A stretch of DNA of 64,000 nucleotides from an uncultured Chloroflexia bacterium (GCA_963765765.1 CAVXYC010000030.1:64001-128000); one strand, 5' to 3'; positions 1-11,591 are shown, counted from the stretch's first letter. The notes: a model not told the origin generated them from the sequence alone. Program-made: numbers and translations.

Positions 1-374
1 TACTGAACGTCCATTGGCCGCCTAACCAGCCGACGCCGAAGCGCTTTTACAACATTGGTCAGGCGGCCCGACGCGCGGTTGAGCAATGGCCGGATGACCT
101 GCGAGTGGCGGTCGTCGCGACTGGTGGATTGAGCGTGGGTCGTTTAGACGAAGAGCTGGACCGCCGCCTAGTGGAGGCGCTGCGAACGCATGACGTGGAT
201 GCGTTGTCCGAGCTGCCCGCGGGTTGGAGGCAACGCTCCACGGGTGAAGTCCACGCCTGGATGGCTGCCGCCGGCGCCACCGAGCATCTGCAAATGAGCT
301 TTCTGGAATACGTCCCGGGTTACCGTACTCCCGGCGGAACGGGCTGCGGACTTGGATTCGCGCTCTGGAGCTAA
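1..374 (+). CDS. LigB-type (class III) extradiol dioxygenase-like protein, C-terminal part (5' end outside window)
   Basis: Frame open from position 3: LNVHWPPNQPTPKRFYNIGQAARRAVEQWPDDLRVAVVATGGLS...DEELD...GEVHAW...GTGCGLGFALW, matching the LigB-family C-terminus. Confidence 0.75.
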   Translation, partial: LNVHWPPNQPTPKRFYNIGQAARRAVEQWPDDLRVAVVATGGLSVGRLDEELDRRLVEALRTHDVDALSELPAGWRQRSTGEVHAWMAAAGATEHLQMSFLEYVPGYRTPGGTGCGLGFALWS

Positions 375-468
375 AGGAGGCTACGCTTAGATCGCTCCGG
401 AGCGCGACTCCAACTCCGCACGACGAACAAGTAGTACAACCACTCGCTGTTAACAGAGGAGCAATAAC

Positions 469-2251
469 ATGACGCGGAGCCTCTCACGCCGTCGCTTCAT
501 CCGTGCTCTGGCGTTAGCAAGCGCGGCGCTGCCGGCCGGCCTGGCTGCCGCCTGCGCGCCGGCGGCTCCCGCCGCACCCACCAGCGTCCCCGCGACGTCC
601 GCTCCAGCGGCCGCCAAGGCGACCAGCGCACCCGCGGGTGCGCCAACCGCTGCCGCCGTCCAGGCGCCCGCCAAGCCCAGCGCGCAGCGCGTTATTCTGG
701 CGCTGGCTTCACCCAACATCGAGAGCAACAAGCCGAGCGACATCGGTCAACCCGAGGGTTGGCAGCTTCGCCCGATGTACGAGTACCTGACCGGCGTTTC
801 ACCCAGTGGCGAAGAAAATGTCCCACAGCTCGCAACGAGCTGGGCCGTGGAGCCCGACGGCAAGTCGTTCCGATTTCAGCTTCGCAAGGGTGTGCAGTTC
901 CACAAGGGCAAGGGCGAATTCACCGCCAAGGACGTGGTCTATTCCTGGAAGCACATCGCCGCGCCCGACTCACTCCATCGGCAGGCGCCGTACTTCCGGA
1001 CGGCTATCGAGGACATCGAGGTCGTGAACGACTACGAGGTCGTGTTCAAGATGGCCAAGACCGGATCCGGGTTTCTTGACGGCCCTCGGGGAAGCCGAGT
1101 GGGGATTCGAGATCCTGAGCAAGGCGGACGGCGAGTCACGCTCCCAGTGGCCGGGACTCACTGAGGAAGCGGTAGCCGGTACGGGGCCCTACCAGTACAA
1201 GGAGCGCGCCCAGGGCCAGTACATTCGCTTTGAGCGGGTGCCATACCAGCACTGGCGTGTCCAGCCGGACTTCCCGGAGTTCGAGTATCGGATGGTTCGC
1301 GAGCCGTCCACGCGCGCTGCGAGCCTGCAGGCTCGTGAGATCCAGATTGCCGCGCTCCCACCAGAGCTGGTCCCGCAGGCAGAGCAAGCCGGGGCAAAGA
1401 CGATCGTGGGGAAGGCGCCCGGCCTCCATGCGTTCATGGTCTTCTACGGCGTCTGGGCCAACAAGAGCATCTTCAACGAGGAGACGCTCAACCCCGATCC
1501 CTCCCAGAAGTTCGTCTTCCCGAATACGCCGATCGCCGATGTGCGCGTACGCAAGGCACTGAACAAGGCGATCAACAAGGATGAGCTGAACAAGGCGTTC
1601 GTGCGTGGCAAAGCGGACCCGATGCAACTTACCTTCTGGCACCCCACCCGTCCGGGCTGGAACCCTGCGTGGGAGCAACGGTTCCAGGATGAGTACGGGT
1701 ACGACCCGGCCGCGGCACGAACGCTGTTGACCGAGGCCGGATACGGCCCGAGCAAGCCGCTGAAGCACGCGATCATCCTGCGGCCCAACTCCTTCTTCAC
1801 AGCCGTGTTAGACATGGCCGAGGCGATCGCTGGCTACTGGCGGGCGATCGGCGTTGACGTAGAGCTGGTCCAGATGGATGGTCAGCAGATCGAGGTCAAG
1901 ACCCGCAAGCTGGAGTGGGACAACCACTCGGTGATCATCGTGAGCAGCGTGCGCCAGCTTCTCGGTTTCGGCGTCTACAACGCCGCTAGCAACATTGGCG
2001 CGCGGGCCGGCCTGGAGCTCCCCGAGACAGATGATCTCTACGAAAACCAGATCAGGCTCACGCTGGATCCGCAGAAATACGACGCTCTTTGGCGCCAGCT
2101 CGGGGACATGGCGTTCGAGCGGCACATGAACGTACCGCTGTTCTGGATTCCGGCCGAGGCGTCAGTGGATCCACGTATCGTTTCGGACTACCAATTCCCC
2201 GGCAACATCAGCGGTACGTACACGCATCCGGAGTACATCAAGTCGGTCTAG
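469..2251 (+). CDS. ABC transporter substrate-binding lipoprotein, family 5 (DppA/OppA-like), one frameshift near 1080
   Basis: RBS GAGGAG; SRRRFI Tat motif and LAAAC lipobox; PQLATSW...FQLRKGVQFH..GEFTAKDV, GTGPY and DVRVRKALNKAINK motifs across ORFs 469..1164 and 1076..2251. Confidence 0.85.
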
Positions 2252-2287
2252 TAGCAATTGGCGCGAAGCGCTTCATGCCACTGCTCC

Positions 2288-2776
2288 TCACGCGACTCTC
2301 GGCTCAGGAGCAGAGCGTGATTCGCTGGAGGCTGGGCGCCAGATTGAAGTCCACCACAGGATCCCTATGAACAACGCCTGCATCAGGATTCTCGGAATGA
2401 GCGGCGTGGGCGCTTCTCCGCGGAACGGAATGTCATTGATGGCGGCGTTCACATTGGCGGGAAATAGCGCCAACAGCATGAGCACTAGACCGATAGCGGC
2501 GGCTCGGCGCGTGGAACGCCGAAGCAAACCAAGAGCCCCAGCGATCTCCAGGACGCCAGTGATGTAGATCAGCCCTAGGCCTTGAGGGAATGGCGCCGGA
2601 ATCATCGCCGCGAGATCATGCTTCGTATCGGTGAAGTGTGCCGACGCCGTGAAGAGCAGCATCACCGCGATCCCCCAGCGAGCGGCGTCCCGCCAGGTGG
2701 ATAGGTGACGGACTCCAAGCCGACCGGCGAGTCTAAAGAGTAGTGTTCCGATTGCGAGCACGAATACGGGAATCAT
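2288..2776 (-). CDS. DoxX-like membrane protein
   Basis: Hydrophobic 162 aa; AHF...MIP..P...IYITGVLEIAGALGLL and LFPANVNAA motifs. Confidence 0.75.
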   Translation of the reverse strand: MIPVFVLAIGTLLFRLAGRLGVRHLSTWRDAARWGIAVMLLFTASAHFTDTKHDLAAMIPAPFPQGLGLIYITGVLEIAGALGLLRRSTRRAAAIGLVLMLLALFPANVNAAINDIPFRGEAPTPLIPRILMQALFIGILWWTSIWRPASSESRSAPEPRVA

Positions 2777-2962
2777 GACGGGATCCCTTTCTTATCAAAC
2801 TGCCCTTTGCGTCAGCCTGATGGAGATGAGAACGAACATGAGCCAACGTTTCTTCCCACAGCGGCCCTGGCAACTATCATGCGCGTACCGTCAGGTCATG
2901 TCGAGTCCTTGCGTCCTGAAAAATGAGCATTTTGAAGCGTCCTGCGCGCCATGGAGAGCGAA

Positions 2963-3391
2963 ATGTCACCAATACCTCAAGCTGTGAAGAATGTCATCGA
3001 AAGCGGACGCCTCGCCCACCTTGTCACACTCGATCCGGACGGCGGGCCGCAGATCACGTGCGTCTGGGTGGGCGTCGATGGTGACGAGATTGTCATGGCT
3101 CACCTCGGCGCGGGCCAGAAGATCAAGAACGCGATAAGAGATCCCCGTGTGAGTCTCTCCATGGAGACGGATTCACTCAACCGGATGGGGCTCATTGAAT
3201 ATCTCGTGATTCATGGCCGCGCTCGAGTGACCGAGGGAGGCGCCGCTGAGCTACTTCAGCAACTGGCGCACCGGTATCTTGGTCCAGACGTGAAGTTCCC
3301 GCCAATGCACAATCCACCGCCGGGTAGCATCTTGCACATCACTCCGGAGCGGTACGGCGGCATTGGCCCGTGGGCTGAGTCAGGAGGGTGA
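2963..3391 (+). CDS. PPOX-class (F420-dependent-like) oxidoreductase
   Basis: LAHLVTLDPDGGPQITCVW, KIKNAIRDPRVSLS, IHGRARV motifs. Confidence 0.85.
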   Translation: MSPIPQAVKNVIESGRLAHLVTLDPDGGPQITCVWVGVDGDEIVMAHLGAGQKIKNAIRDPRVSLSMETDSLNRMGLIEYLVIHGRARVTEGGAAELLQQLAHRYLGPDVKFPPMHNPPPGSILHITPERYGGIGPWAESGG

Positions 3392-3457
3392 GCGCGGTCT
3401 GGCAGGGGCTATTCAGAAGCTTCGGGCTAATCCGAGAAACCCTGATCCGCTCTGTCC

Positions 3458-4315
3458 CTATGCTTTCACGGTCAGCGTGATGCTTGCGGCGAGGCCCTTG
3501 GTCGTATTCTGAACCGCCAGCGTTGAATGTTGACCGCCGCTTGCATAGATCTCATCTGTCCGGTTCGTCGTGTCGCGCCCCGGGTGCGATGAGTAGGGTG
3601 CCTCGGTATAGATTTCACTGGAGAGCGCGTCGTCGAAGTAGAGCTGGCCGGTATGGACATCGTTCGCGCCGTTGTGGACCTTGACGTGTATGTGCACAGT
3701 GCGTCCGCGATACCAGCCGGGGTAGATAGTTTTGAAGGTCACGCGACCGTCGCGTCCAGTAACCTGGCCGCCGCGTAAGAATCGAAGACTATTATCAGGG
3801 CGCTGAGCATCAGAAGCTCGGGGTAGCGGTCCGTCGGGTCTCGCCGATGGGATACCAGTCGGACCGTCTGACGCAGGTCCAGACTGCTCGCCCAGACGCT
3901 GGGACGTTTCCTCGCCAAATCCCGAATATTGGCCCAGCGCATCGCAATGCCAGATCTCGACAGAGGCATCCGAAATTGGTTGACACTTGCCCGTGCTCTG
4001 CACCAGGAAATACAGCTCCAGCGGAATCCCGGGACGCCCCTCCGATATATTCGAGCGAATAAGTCCAAGGTCAATGTGGTAAGGCCCCTCAGTCTGCTCT
4101 GGACTCAGTAAGCAGCTACCCCTCGTTGCACCTGACTCCGCCTCGGACGAGCTTGAAGCCCTCGGGGCCGCCGCAATAGAGCTGGCAGCCGTATCGCTTA
4201 ACTGCTCCATTGACCTCCGGGCCCCGGGCTGACAACCGCTGAAGAGAAAAAGCGGACCGACTGACGCTAGCGTCCGCCCTATAGCGACTCTGCGTGTGAT
4301 ACGAAATGTCGTCAA
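3458..4315 (-). CDS. Intradiol ring-cleavage dioxygenase family protein, probably exported (start uncertain)
   Basis: CLLSPEQTEGPY, VEIWHCDALGQYS, FLRGGQVT, TIYPGWYRGRTVHIHVKV, TGQLYF; ITRR...SGC signal-like N-terminus. Confidence 0.8.
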   Translation of the reverse strand: MTTFRITRRVAIGRTLASVGPLFLFSGCQPGARRSMEQLSDTAASSIAAAPRASSSSEAESGATRGSCLLSPEQTEGPYHIDLGLIRSNISEGRPGIPLELYFLVQSTGKCQPISDASVEIWHCDALGQYSGFGEETSQRLGEQSGPASDGPTGIPSARPDGPLPRASDAQRPDNSLRFLRGGQVTGRDGRVTFKTIYPGWYRGRTVHIHVKVHNGANDVHTGQLYFDDALSSEIYTEAPYSSHPGRDTTNRTDEIYASGGQHSTLAVQNTTKGLAASITLTVKA

Positions 4316-4523
4316 AAGACGCCTCAGCAAAGCTGGAACTTGCGGACAGCAAGGCCGCCAGAGCTCGACTGCCGGCGGGAGGCCCTGGCAAACTGGCACG
4401 ATTGATGCCATTAGTGCACGCCAAGCTCCTGCGCGCCTACGCGGCCGGATGGAGACGACCTGGCTACCTTGAAGCGCGGCTTCGTTGGGTGAAGCGGAGC
4501 GCTTCACTTTTCTGAGAGCGATC

Positions 4524-7500
4524 ATGGCGAGAATACGCGAGCCCCGGGAAGGCTCCGAATGGACGGACATCATTTTTGCTCACGGCGGCGATATGGGGGA
4601 CTTGATGCGCCGCCACGACTGGGCGCGAACGCCGCTTGGACCCCCGGAGCAGTGGCCGCAAAGCCTGCGAACTGGCGTGCAGATCATGCTCGGCTCTCGC
4701 TACCCGATGTTCATCTGGTGGGGACCGCAGCTCTTTTCGTTTTACAACGACGCATATTGTCAGATCCTGGGATCCAAGCATCCTGACGCTCTAGGGCGGC
4801 CAGGGCGTGAGGTCTGGTCGGAGGTCTGGGACGTTGTTGGACCGCTCGCCCGGAAGGTCATGAATGATGGCGAGGCAACGTATTCCGATCGTCTGCTCTT
4901 GCTTATGGAGCGCAGCGGTTATGTAGAAGAGTCCTATTTCACCTTTTCTTACAGCCCCATGCCTGATGATTCCGACGAAATCGGCGGCGTCTTCTGTGCA
5001 GTTGCGGAAGACACCGCCCGAGTGGTGAGCGAGCGGCGCTTACGGACATTGCGTGAGCTTGCCACCGAGCTCCATCAGTCCGAGACCGGATCGGAAGCAT
5101 ATCGAGCCGCGGCTCGGGCGCTTGCCAAGAACCCGCACGATATTCCATTCGTCCTGCTCTACGAGTGTGGCCAGAGCAGCACGAACGCACGCCTCGCCGC
5201 GGCAGCCGGCGTTCCAAAAGACGGCCCGTGGAGCCCTCGGAACGTGCGCCTCAATTCGAGCTCGCCGACCGACTGGCCGTTTCACACGGTGTCTCGACAC
5301 GCGCCGAGTATCGTTGTCAGCAACCTCGACCAGCGCGAGCCGCCATTACCGGGCGGCCCCCTCGCTACTACCGCCGAGTCGGCTATCGTGTTGCCCATCA
5401 TGGGGCCCGGCGGGCTCGGGTATGAAGGCTTCCTCGTAGCGGGAATTAGTCCGCGGCGTGCCTTCGACGAAGGATATCGCGGGTTCACCGAGACCATCGC
5501 GGGAAATCTGGCCGCGGGTATTGCCACGGCGCGTGCGCACGAGCTCGAGCGCGAGCGTGCAAGAGCGCTCGTTGAGCTGGATCGTGCGAAGTCGATGTTC
5601 TTCAGCAACGCCAGCCACGAGCTGCGGACCCCTCTCACGCTCATGCTCGGGCCGCTGGAAACCCTGTTAGAGCAAGAGACGCCCAGTCAGAGCGACGTCC
5701 GATCGAAGATCGAACTGGCTCATCGAAATGGTCTGCGACTACTTCGACTGGTCAATAACTTATTGGACGTTTCGCGACTCGAAGGCGGCCGATTGATCGC
5801 GAATCGAGAATCCACAAATCTTGCGGCCTATACCGTTGAGCTCGTGAGTATGTTCGACTCTGCCTTCACGCAGGCCGGATTGAATCTTGTCATCGATTGT
5901 CCACCGCTTGAGGAACCAGTCTCGATCGATCGCGAGATGTGGGAGAAAATCGTCCTCAATCTCATTTCGAATGCTCTTAAGTTCACGCTTGATGGCCACA
6001 TTAAAGTATCGCTGCGAGAGACTTCGAAGGGGATCGAGCTGCAGGTTTCGGACACAGGTGTAGGAATTCCGGAAGACGAGCTGCCACACATCTTTGAGCG
6101 GTTCCATCGAGTTCGGACACCCGAGGCCCGTACGCAAGAGGGCGCTGGAATCGGCCTGGCGCTCGTTCAGGAGCTCGTGAGACTTCACGGTGGCAGCGTG
6201 CGTAGCGAGAGCACTATGGGCGCGGGCACCACCTTTTTCGTAACCATTCCACGAGTGTCATCGCTGGACGCTGGGCGGCCGCTTGAAGGCTCCAGTATGA
6301 GCGATTCAACGCGTCCATATCTGGAAGAGGCCTTGCGGTGGCTGCCTTCCACGTCAGACGTTTCGGACACTCGCGAACGTGCCAACGGACAAGCATTGGA
6401 AAGCGCTGGCGAACCGGCTCGCTCGGGTCCTGGTGGCCGATGACAATGCAGACATGCGCACCTATCTGCAACAGCTCTTCGCTGCCGATTACGAGGTGCG
6501 AACCGTGGCGGACGGGTCCGAGGCGCTGGACGTTGCACGGAGCTGGGCACCGTCGATCATCCTGGCGGACATCATGATGCCGAAGCTTGATGGCTTTGGG
6601 ATGCTGCGTGAGTTGCGATTAGATCCGCAAACGCGAGCGATACCGGTTATCTTCCTTTCGGCGCGCGCCAGTGAGAATACGCGAGTTGACGGATTGCGGG
6701 CCGGAGCCAATGACTACATGGTCAAGCCGTTTTCGACCCGGGAGCTCATTGCCCGAGTCGAAGGCCATGTCAAGCTTGCCGAGCTACGCACCGAAGTCGG
6801 GAAGCAGGAGAAGGATGCTCGGGATCGGCTCCAGCGGCTCTTTGAGCAAGCGCCCGCGGCGATCTGTGTCATGGACGGGCCCGAGCACATCGTCCGTCTG
6901 GCGAACTCGCGGTTCACAGACCTCGTCGGCTCCGAGCCGACACTTGGGTCGCCACTGCTTGAGACGCTGCCGAATCTTGGTGGCGGGATCATCGCGGAGC
7001 AGCTTGACAGCGTGTATGAGACCGGCGCGCCATTTATAGGTAGCGCCATCCCGGTGCGCGTCGATCACGGTGGCAGGAACGAGCAGGCCTTCTTCGATTT
7101 TGTCTACGTGCCCCTCACGGCCGCAAATGGGGACATCGAGGGAGTGTTTTTAAGCGCCTATGAAGTGACTTCACAGGTCCGCGCCAGGGGTGAAGCGGAG
7201 TCCGCGGTCAAGGTGCGTGACGAATTTCTTTCAATCGCCGCGCATGAGCTACGTACACCTGTAACAGGAATCAAGGGCGCCGCCCAGCTTGCCCTGAGGT
7301 CACATCAGCGAGGCACGCTGGATTCAGACCGTCTGGAAGCTACGCTGCGCACCATCGACCACGCCGCTGGCCGACTATCCGGACTCATCAGCGACCTGCT
7401 GGACGTCTCGCGTTTACAAGCCGGTCAAATGTCCGTGCGGCCCAAACCACTCGACATCGTTGGGCTGGTGCGCGAGGGCCTCGAACAAGGTGCGTTTGGC

Positions 7501-7950
7501 GGAACCTGCCAGATTCGACTCGAGACGGAGGCGGATAGGCTTAATGTGCTGGCCGACGAGGCGCGCATAGAGCAGATCATTGCCAACCTCCTGGAGAATG
7601 CCGAGAAATATTCGCCCGATGGCGGGATCATCGATGTGCGACTCTTGCGCAGCGATAGTGGGGTGACGCTGGAGGTTCAGGATCAAGGCATCGGCCTACC
7701 GGCCGGCTCAGAAGAGACTATTTTCAAACCGTTTGGTAGGGCCGCCAACGCTTCCGCGCAAAACATCCCCGGTATGGGGCTTGGCCTCTACGTCTGTCGC
7801 CGCATTGCCGAGCTGCACAATGGCCGACTCTGGGCGCAGAGCGAGGGTGAAGGTCGCGGAACCACGGTCTCACTCTGGCTGCCATGTACGGAGCAAGATT
7901 TAATGTCTCATGACGAATCCAACGATCGGTCTGGTGCGGTCAATGCTTGA
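4524..7950 (+). CDS. Multi-domain hybrid sensor histidine kinase (PAS-GAF-HisKA-HATPase-REC-PAS-HisKA-HATPase), frameshift near 6400
   Basis: HDWARTPLGPPEQWPQSL N-terminus; two H-boxes (SHELRTPL, AHELRTPV); N/G boxes; VLVADDN...DIMMPKLDG receiver domain. Confidence 0.85.
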
Positions 7951-8344
7951 ACGGGCTCGAATCCTGATTGTCGAAGACGACCAGGCGATTCGCGAGATAC
8001 TCCGAATCGCGCTCACCGATGAGTGCTACGAAGTGACGGTTGCAGGTAATGGCGAAGAAGCGCTGGAGCGACTCCAGGTCTGGACTCCGCACCTCATTAT
8101 TCTGGATATGATGATGCCGTTCATGGATGGCGTCACGTTTCGTCGCCGCCAGCGAGAGCTGAAGCTCGCTCCTGAAGCACGCCTCATCGTGTTGTCCGCG
8201 TCACGTGCGGCCATTCCTCAATCGCTCGAGCTTGGAGCGGATCTGAGCGTGGCGAAGCCGTTTGAGCTCGACGACCTTCTGGACGTTGTGGCGAGCACGC
8301 TTAAACGGTACTCCACGGTCACGGACATCGCGCGAACAATCTGA
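7943..8344 (+). CDS. Single-domain response regulator
   Basis: ILIVEDD, LDMMMPFMDG, KPF; start overlaps the kinase stop. Confidence 0.9.
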   Translation: MLERARILIVEDDQAIREILRIALTDECYEVTVAGNGEEALERLQVWTPHLIILDMMMPFMDGVTFRRRQRELKLAPEARLIVLSASRAAIPQSLELGADLSVAKPFELDDLLDVVASTLKRYSTVTDIARTI

Positions 8345-8428
8345 TCCGTCTACCGGCCGGGCGGATCTATTCCTGGACATGTCCGATTTGTTCAAGACTC
8401 GCGGCCACTCGCCGGGTATCGTTCAGCT

Positions 8429-8692
8429 ATGAGCGAGTCAGCGCTACGCGCACTACCGAATGTGGGTCCTAAGGTTGCACGCATGCTGATGCGCAGCGGC
8501 ATCGATAGCCCCGAACAACTGCGGGGAGAAGATGCGGATCGGCTGTACGCGAGGCTCTGCGATGTGGAAGGCCAACGCCTCGATCCATGCCTCCTGGATA
8601 CGCTGACCGCGATCGTCGACTACGCTAATGGCGCACCCGCGCGGCCCTGGTGGTACTACAGCCGAATTCGCAAAGCCGCTGTTACGCGCTGA
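8429..8692 (+). CDS. Helix-hairpin-helix protein (mitomycin resistance/Cdd1-like)
   Basis: LPNVGPKVA, LYARLC..G.RLDPCLLD, PWWYYS. Confidence 0.75.
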   Translation: MSESALRALPNVGPKVARMLMRSGIDSPEQLRGEDADRLYARLCDVEGQRLDPCLLDTLTAIVDYANGAPARPWWYYSRIRKAAVTR

Positions 8693-8711
8693 ATACAATG
8701 GAGACTTCGTC

Positions 8712-9104
8712 ATGCCGCCTAGATTGAATGTTATCGGCATAGTGGTGAAGGACATGCCACGCGCCTTGAGTTTCTACCGCGCCATGGGCCTGGCGATTCC
8801 AACAGCGTCTGACTCCGAGCCACACGTCGAGGCCGAGGTCAGCAGTGGACTGAAAATCGCCTGGGACCGCGAGGATGTCATTCGGTCGTTCGATCCCGAA
8901 TGGACCCCGCCAACGGGTGGCGCACGCGTTGGTCTGGCGTTCCAGATGGACTCACCCGATGAGGTGAATGCACTGTACAAGTCACTTGTTGAGGCCGGTT
9001 TCGAAGGCCACAAGGAGCCATGGGACGCCTTCTGGGGTCAGCGCTACGCACTCATCCGGGATCCGGATGGAAACAGCGTAGATCTGTACGCGCCGCTGAG
9101 TTGA
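8712..9104 (+). CDS. VOC/glyoxalase family protein
   Basis: IGIVVKDMPRALSFY...PWDAFWGQRYALIRDPDGNSVDL. Confidence 0.9.
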   Translation: MPPRLNVIGIVVKDMPRALSFYRAMGLAIPTASDSEPHVEAEVSSGLKIAWDREDVIRSFDPEWTPPTGGARVGLAFQMDSPDEVNALYKSLVEAGFEGHKEPWDAFWGQRYALIRDPDGNSVDLYAPLS

Positions 9105-9114
9105 CCGTACGTCA

Positions 9115-9140
9115 CTCCCTCGCCCCCGTGGGCGAGGGAG
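9115..9140. terminator. GC-rich hairpin between convergent genes
   Basis: CTCCCTCGCCC-ccgt-GGGCGAGGGAG perfect stem. Confidence 0.6.
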
Positions 9141-9150
9141 CTTTCTAGTG

Positions 9151-9915
9151 CTACGGGCTCTGAAGCCCTATTCGCTCCGCCAGTAGCTTCGCGGGCGGTA
9201 GTCCGGAAAGCTCTTTCACCTCACGCGTGAGATGCGACTGGTCGGCGTAGCCACATTCGGCTGCCATCTGAGCCATTGACTGACACTGAGAATTGGCAAG
9301 GGTCAGGAATCGCTGGAATCGAACAATGCGCGCCAGCATCTTTGGCCCATAACCCAATGCGTCGTGACAGCGTCTATTGAGCTGCCGTTCGCTCAGGCCC
9401 ACGGCGTCCGCGAGCTCATTGACTCGGAAGGATACTTCGGCATCGGAGCGCCAAATCCTGGTCGCGACATGCTGAACCGCGCGATCGACTTTCACCGACG
9501 CACCCAGGCGAGCGCGGAGAGAGGCCTGGATCTTCTCACCGATATCTTGAGCGGAGTCGGATTCACCGAGTCGCCGGTGAAGATCCTCGGCCCAATCCGG
9601 CGAGACGAGCTCCATTGCCACACGCTGGCTCACCAGCTCGGACGCTGGCAGGCCAAGTAGCGACGGCGCCACGCCGGAGTGGAATCGGACGCCAACGATC
9701 TCCTCGCCGGCGGCCAGTGGTGCGGCCCAGGCAACCCTGTCCGGACCCGCGATGGTGATCTCGTGCTCCACCCAGATGAGATCCATGCACCCGTCGGGCA
9801 GGATGCGAGCCGGCTGCTCCGCCTCCACGGGACTCACTCGCCGAAACCAGACGCTCTGAACGTAGTCCGCGAGATCCGCGGCTGGCGCTACTTCGAGGTA
9901 TCCATGGTCGTCCAC
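9151..9915 (-). CDS. AraC family transcriptional regulator
   Basis: RILPDGCMDLIW N-domain; LSERQLNRR..GYGPK and GYADQSHLTRE HTH motifs. Confidence 0.9.
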   Translation of the reverse strand: MDDHGYLEVAPAADLADYVQSVWFRRVSPVEAEQPARILPDGCMDLIWVEHEITIAGPDRVAWAAPLAAGEEIVGVRFHSGVAPSLLGLPASELVSQRVAMELVSPDWAEDLHRRLGESDSAQDIGEKIQASLRARLGASVKVDRAVQHVATRIWRSDAEVSFRVNELADAVGLSERQLNRRCHDALGYGPKMLARIVRFQRFLTLANSQCQSMAQMAAECGYADQSHLTREVKELSGLPPAKLLAERIGLQSP

Positions 9916-9937
9916 ACCTATATTGTGCCTGTTCCAG

Positions 9938-10282
9938 CTAGTCGTGGATTGCCAGACTGTCTGGTGGGGCCTGGTCACGATCAGTCATTCCGTAGTCTCG
10001 GATGACACCCGCTACGCGCAGTCGATAGTCCTTGAAGATGCCCGCTCGACCTTCGGCCTGGGCTTCGCGATGTATCTTGAGCGTGCGCCACTCCTCCACA
10101 GCTTGCTCGTCGCGCCAGATTGAAAGCGACAACAGCTTCCCCGGCTCGGCCAGGCTTTGGAACCGCTCAATGGAGATAAACCCGTCAATCTTCTCCAGTC
10201 GTGGGCGCAGCCCGGCGGCAATGCTCAGGTAGTCTTCCTTGCGGCCGTCGTTCGGCCAGACTTCGAAGATCACGGCGATCAT
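9938..10282 (-). CDS. Antibiotic biosynthesis monooxygenase (ABM) family protein
   Basis: MIAVIFEV..., IDGFISIERFQSL, HREAQAEGRAGIFKDYRLRVA. Confidence 0.9.
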   Translation of the reverse strand: MIAVIFEVWPNDGRKEDYLSIAAGLRPRLEKIDGFISIERFQSLAEPGKLLSLSIWRDEQAVEEWRTLKIHREAQAEGRAGIFKDYRLRVAGVIRDYGMTDRDQAPPDSLAIHD

Positions 10283-10298
10283 TAGATCGGGAGTCCTT

Positions 10299-11399
10299 TC
10301 AGGGTATGAAGACCACTTTGATGGGATCACCCTCACGCTCGCGCACCACCCGGAAACCTTCCTGAATCTGATCCAGAGGGAATCGATGCGTCACCAGCTC
10401 GCCGCACCGGAGCTTCCCCTGCGATGCCAATGAGAGCGCCCGACGTACCGCCGCCGCGCCTTCGCCACGAGTGGTGTAGAGCGTGACATCGTCACGAATC
10501 GCCGAGCTCAGATCAAACGTTACGGGCTCCGAATAAAAGGCCAGAAAGAGAATCTTCCCGCCGCGCTTCACCATCTCAATGCACTGTTGCGGCGTATCCA
10601 CCGATCCTGACGCCTCAATCACAAGGTCCGCGCCGCGCTCACCAAGGACTCGTCGAGTGGCGACGGCGGGATCTTCGTCGCGGGCATTGATGACGTGGTC
10701 TGCCCCAAGACGAAGGCCCATCTCCAGTCGGCTAGACCGGGTGCCAACCAATACGACCTGAGCGGCGCCCAGCGCCTTGCACGCTTGCACCGCCATAAGC
10801 CCCACCGGGCCGGGACCAATCACCACGACCGAGTCGCCGGCGATGTACCCGCCCACCGCGTCAAGTCCATACATGCTGGTGCCAGCGGTCATGATGAGCA
10901 CCGCGTCTTCCCAGGTGACGTGCTCGGGCATACGGTACAACGCGCTCACGTGATGTGTGACGTACTCCGCGAACCCTCCGTCCACGGTCATGCCGGTGGC
11001 GCGGTGCCCTTTGGCGACATTCCCGTAGTTCAAGCAGGCGGTGTACATGCCGAGGACGCAGTTCTCGCATCTACCGCAGCCCCGATGGGCGTGGATGGCA
11101 ACACGGTCACCAACACTGAGCTCGTCAACATTCGGCCCCAAACCAACCACCGTTCCGGTCCACTCGTGTCCTGGTGTGAACGCGCCGTATGGAGGCTGTC
11201 CCGGGAATGGATGCGATTGGATTTTCAGATCGGTGCCGCAGGTACCGCACATGGCCACCTTGACCAACACTTCACCTTCACCGGGCACCGGCACTGGTTT
11301 CTCGGTGATGCGCATGTCGTCCGGTCCGAACAGCACAGCCGCGCGCATGCGGTTTGGAAGTGAGGCCGTTGTCGTAATCAGGCTTGACTCGAGTGTCAT
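10299..11399 (-). CDS. Zinc-binding dehydrogenase (MDR family)
   Basis: CGTD, GHE, CGRCENC...C structural Zn site, GPGPVG NAD-binding motif. Confidence 0.9.
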   Translation of the reverse strand: MTLESSLITTTASLPNRMRAAVLFGPDDMRITEKPVPVPGEGEVLVKVAMCGTCGTDLKIQSHPFPGQPPYGAFTPGHEWTGTVVGLGPNVDELSVGDRVAIHAHRGCGRCENCVLGMYTACLNYGNVAKGHRATGMTVDGGFAEYVTHHVSALYRMPEHVTWEDAVLIMTAGTSMYGLDAVGGYIAGDSVVVIGPGPVGLMAVQACKALGAAQVVLVGTRSSRLEMGLRLGADHVINARDEDPAVATRRVLGERGADLVIEASGSVDTPQQCIEMVKRGGKILFLAFYSEPVTFDLSSAIRDDVTLYTTRGEGAAAVRRALSLASQGKLRCGELVTHRFPLDQIQEGFRVVREREGDPIKVVFIP

Positions 11400-11591
11400 G
11401 CGATACCTCTAGAGCCCACGCCGCGAGTGGTAAGTGATGCTTCGGATACTACATGGTCGCCCTCCATCGTTCGGCCAGAATTCAGCTCGGCGAGCGCAAA
11501 TGTTCCTAAAGATTCACGAGACCCAGGAATGCCAGGGGAACCAAATTTCCTCAGGCATTGATGTTGCACTACGGGGCGTAAGGAGACGACC

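Noticed and set aside
11500-11570. c-di-AMP riboswitch (GGGGAACCAA-like stretch)
   Set aside because: Only a short hairpin; the other conserved elements are missing.
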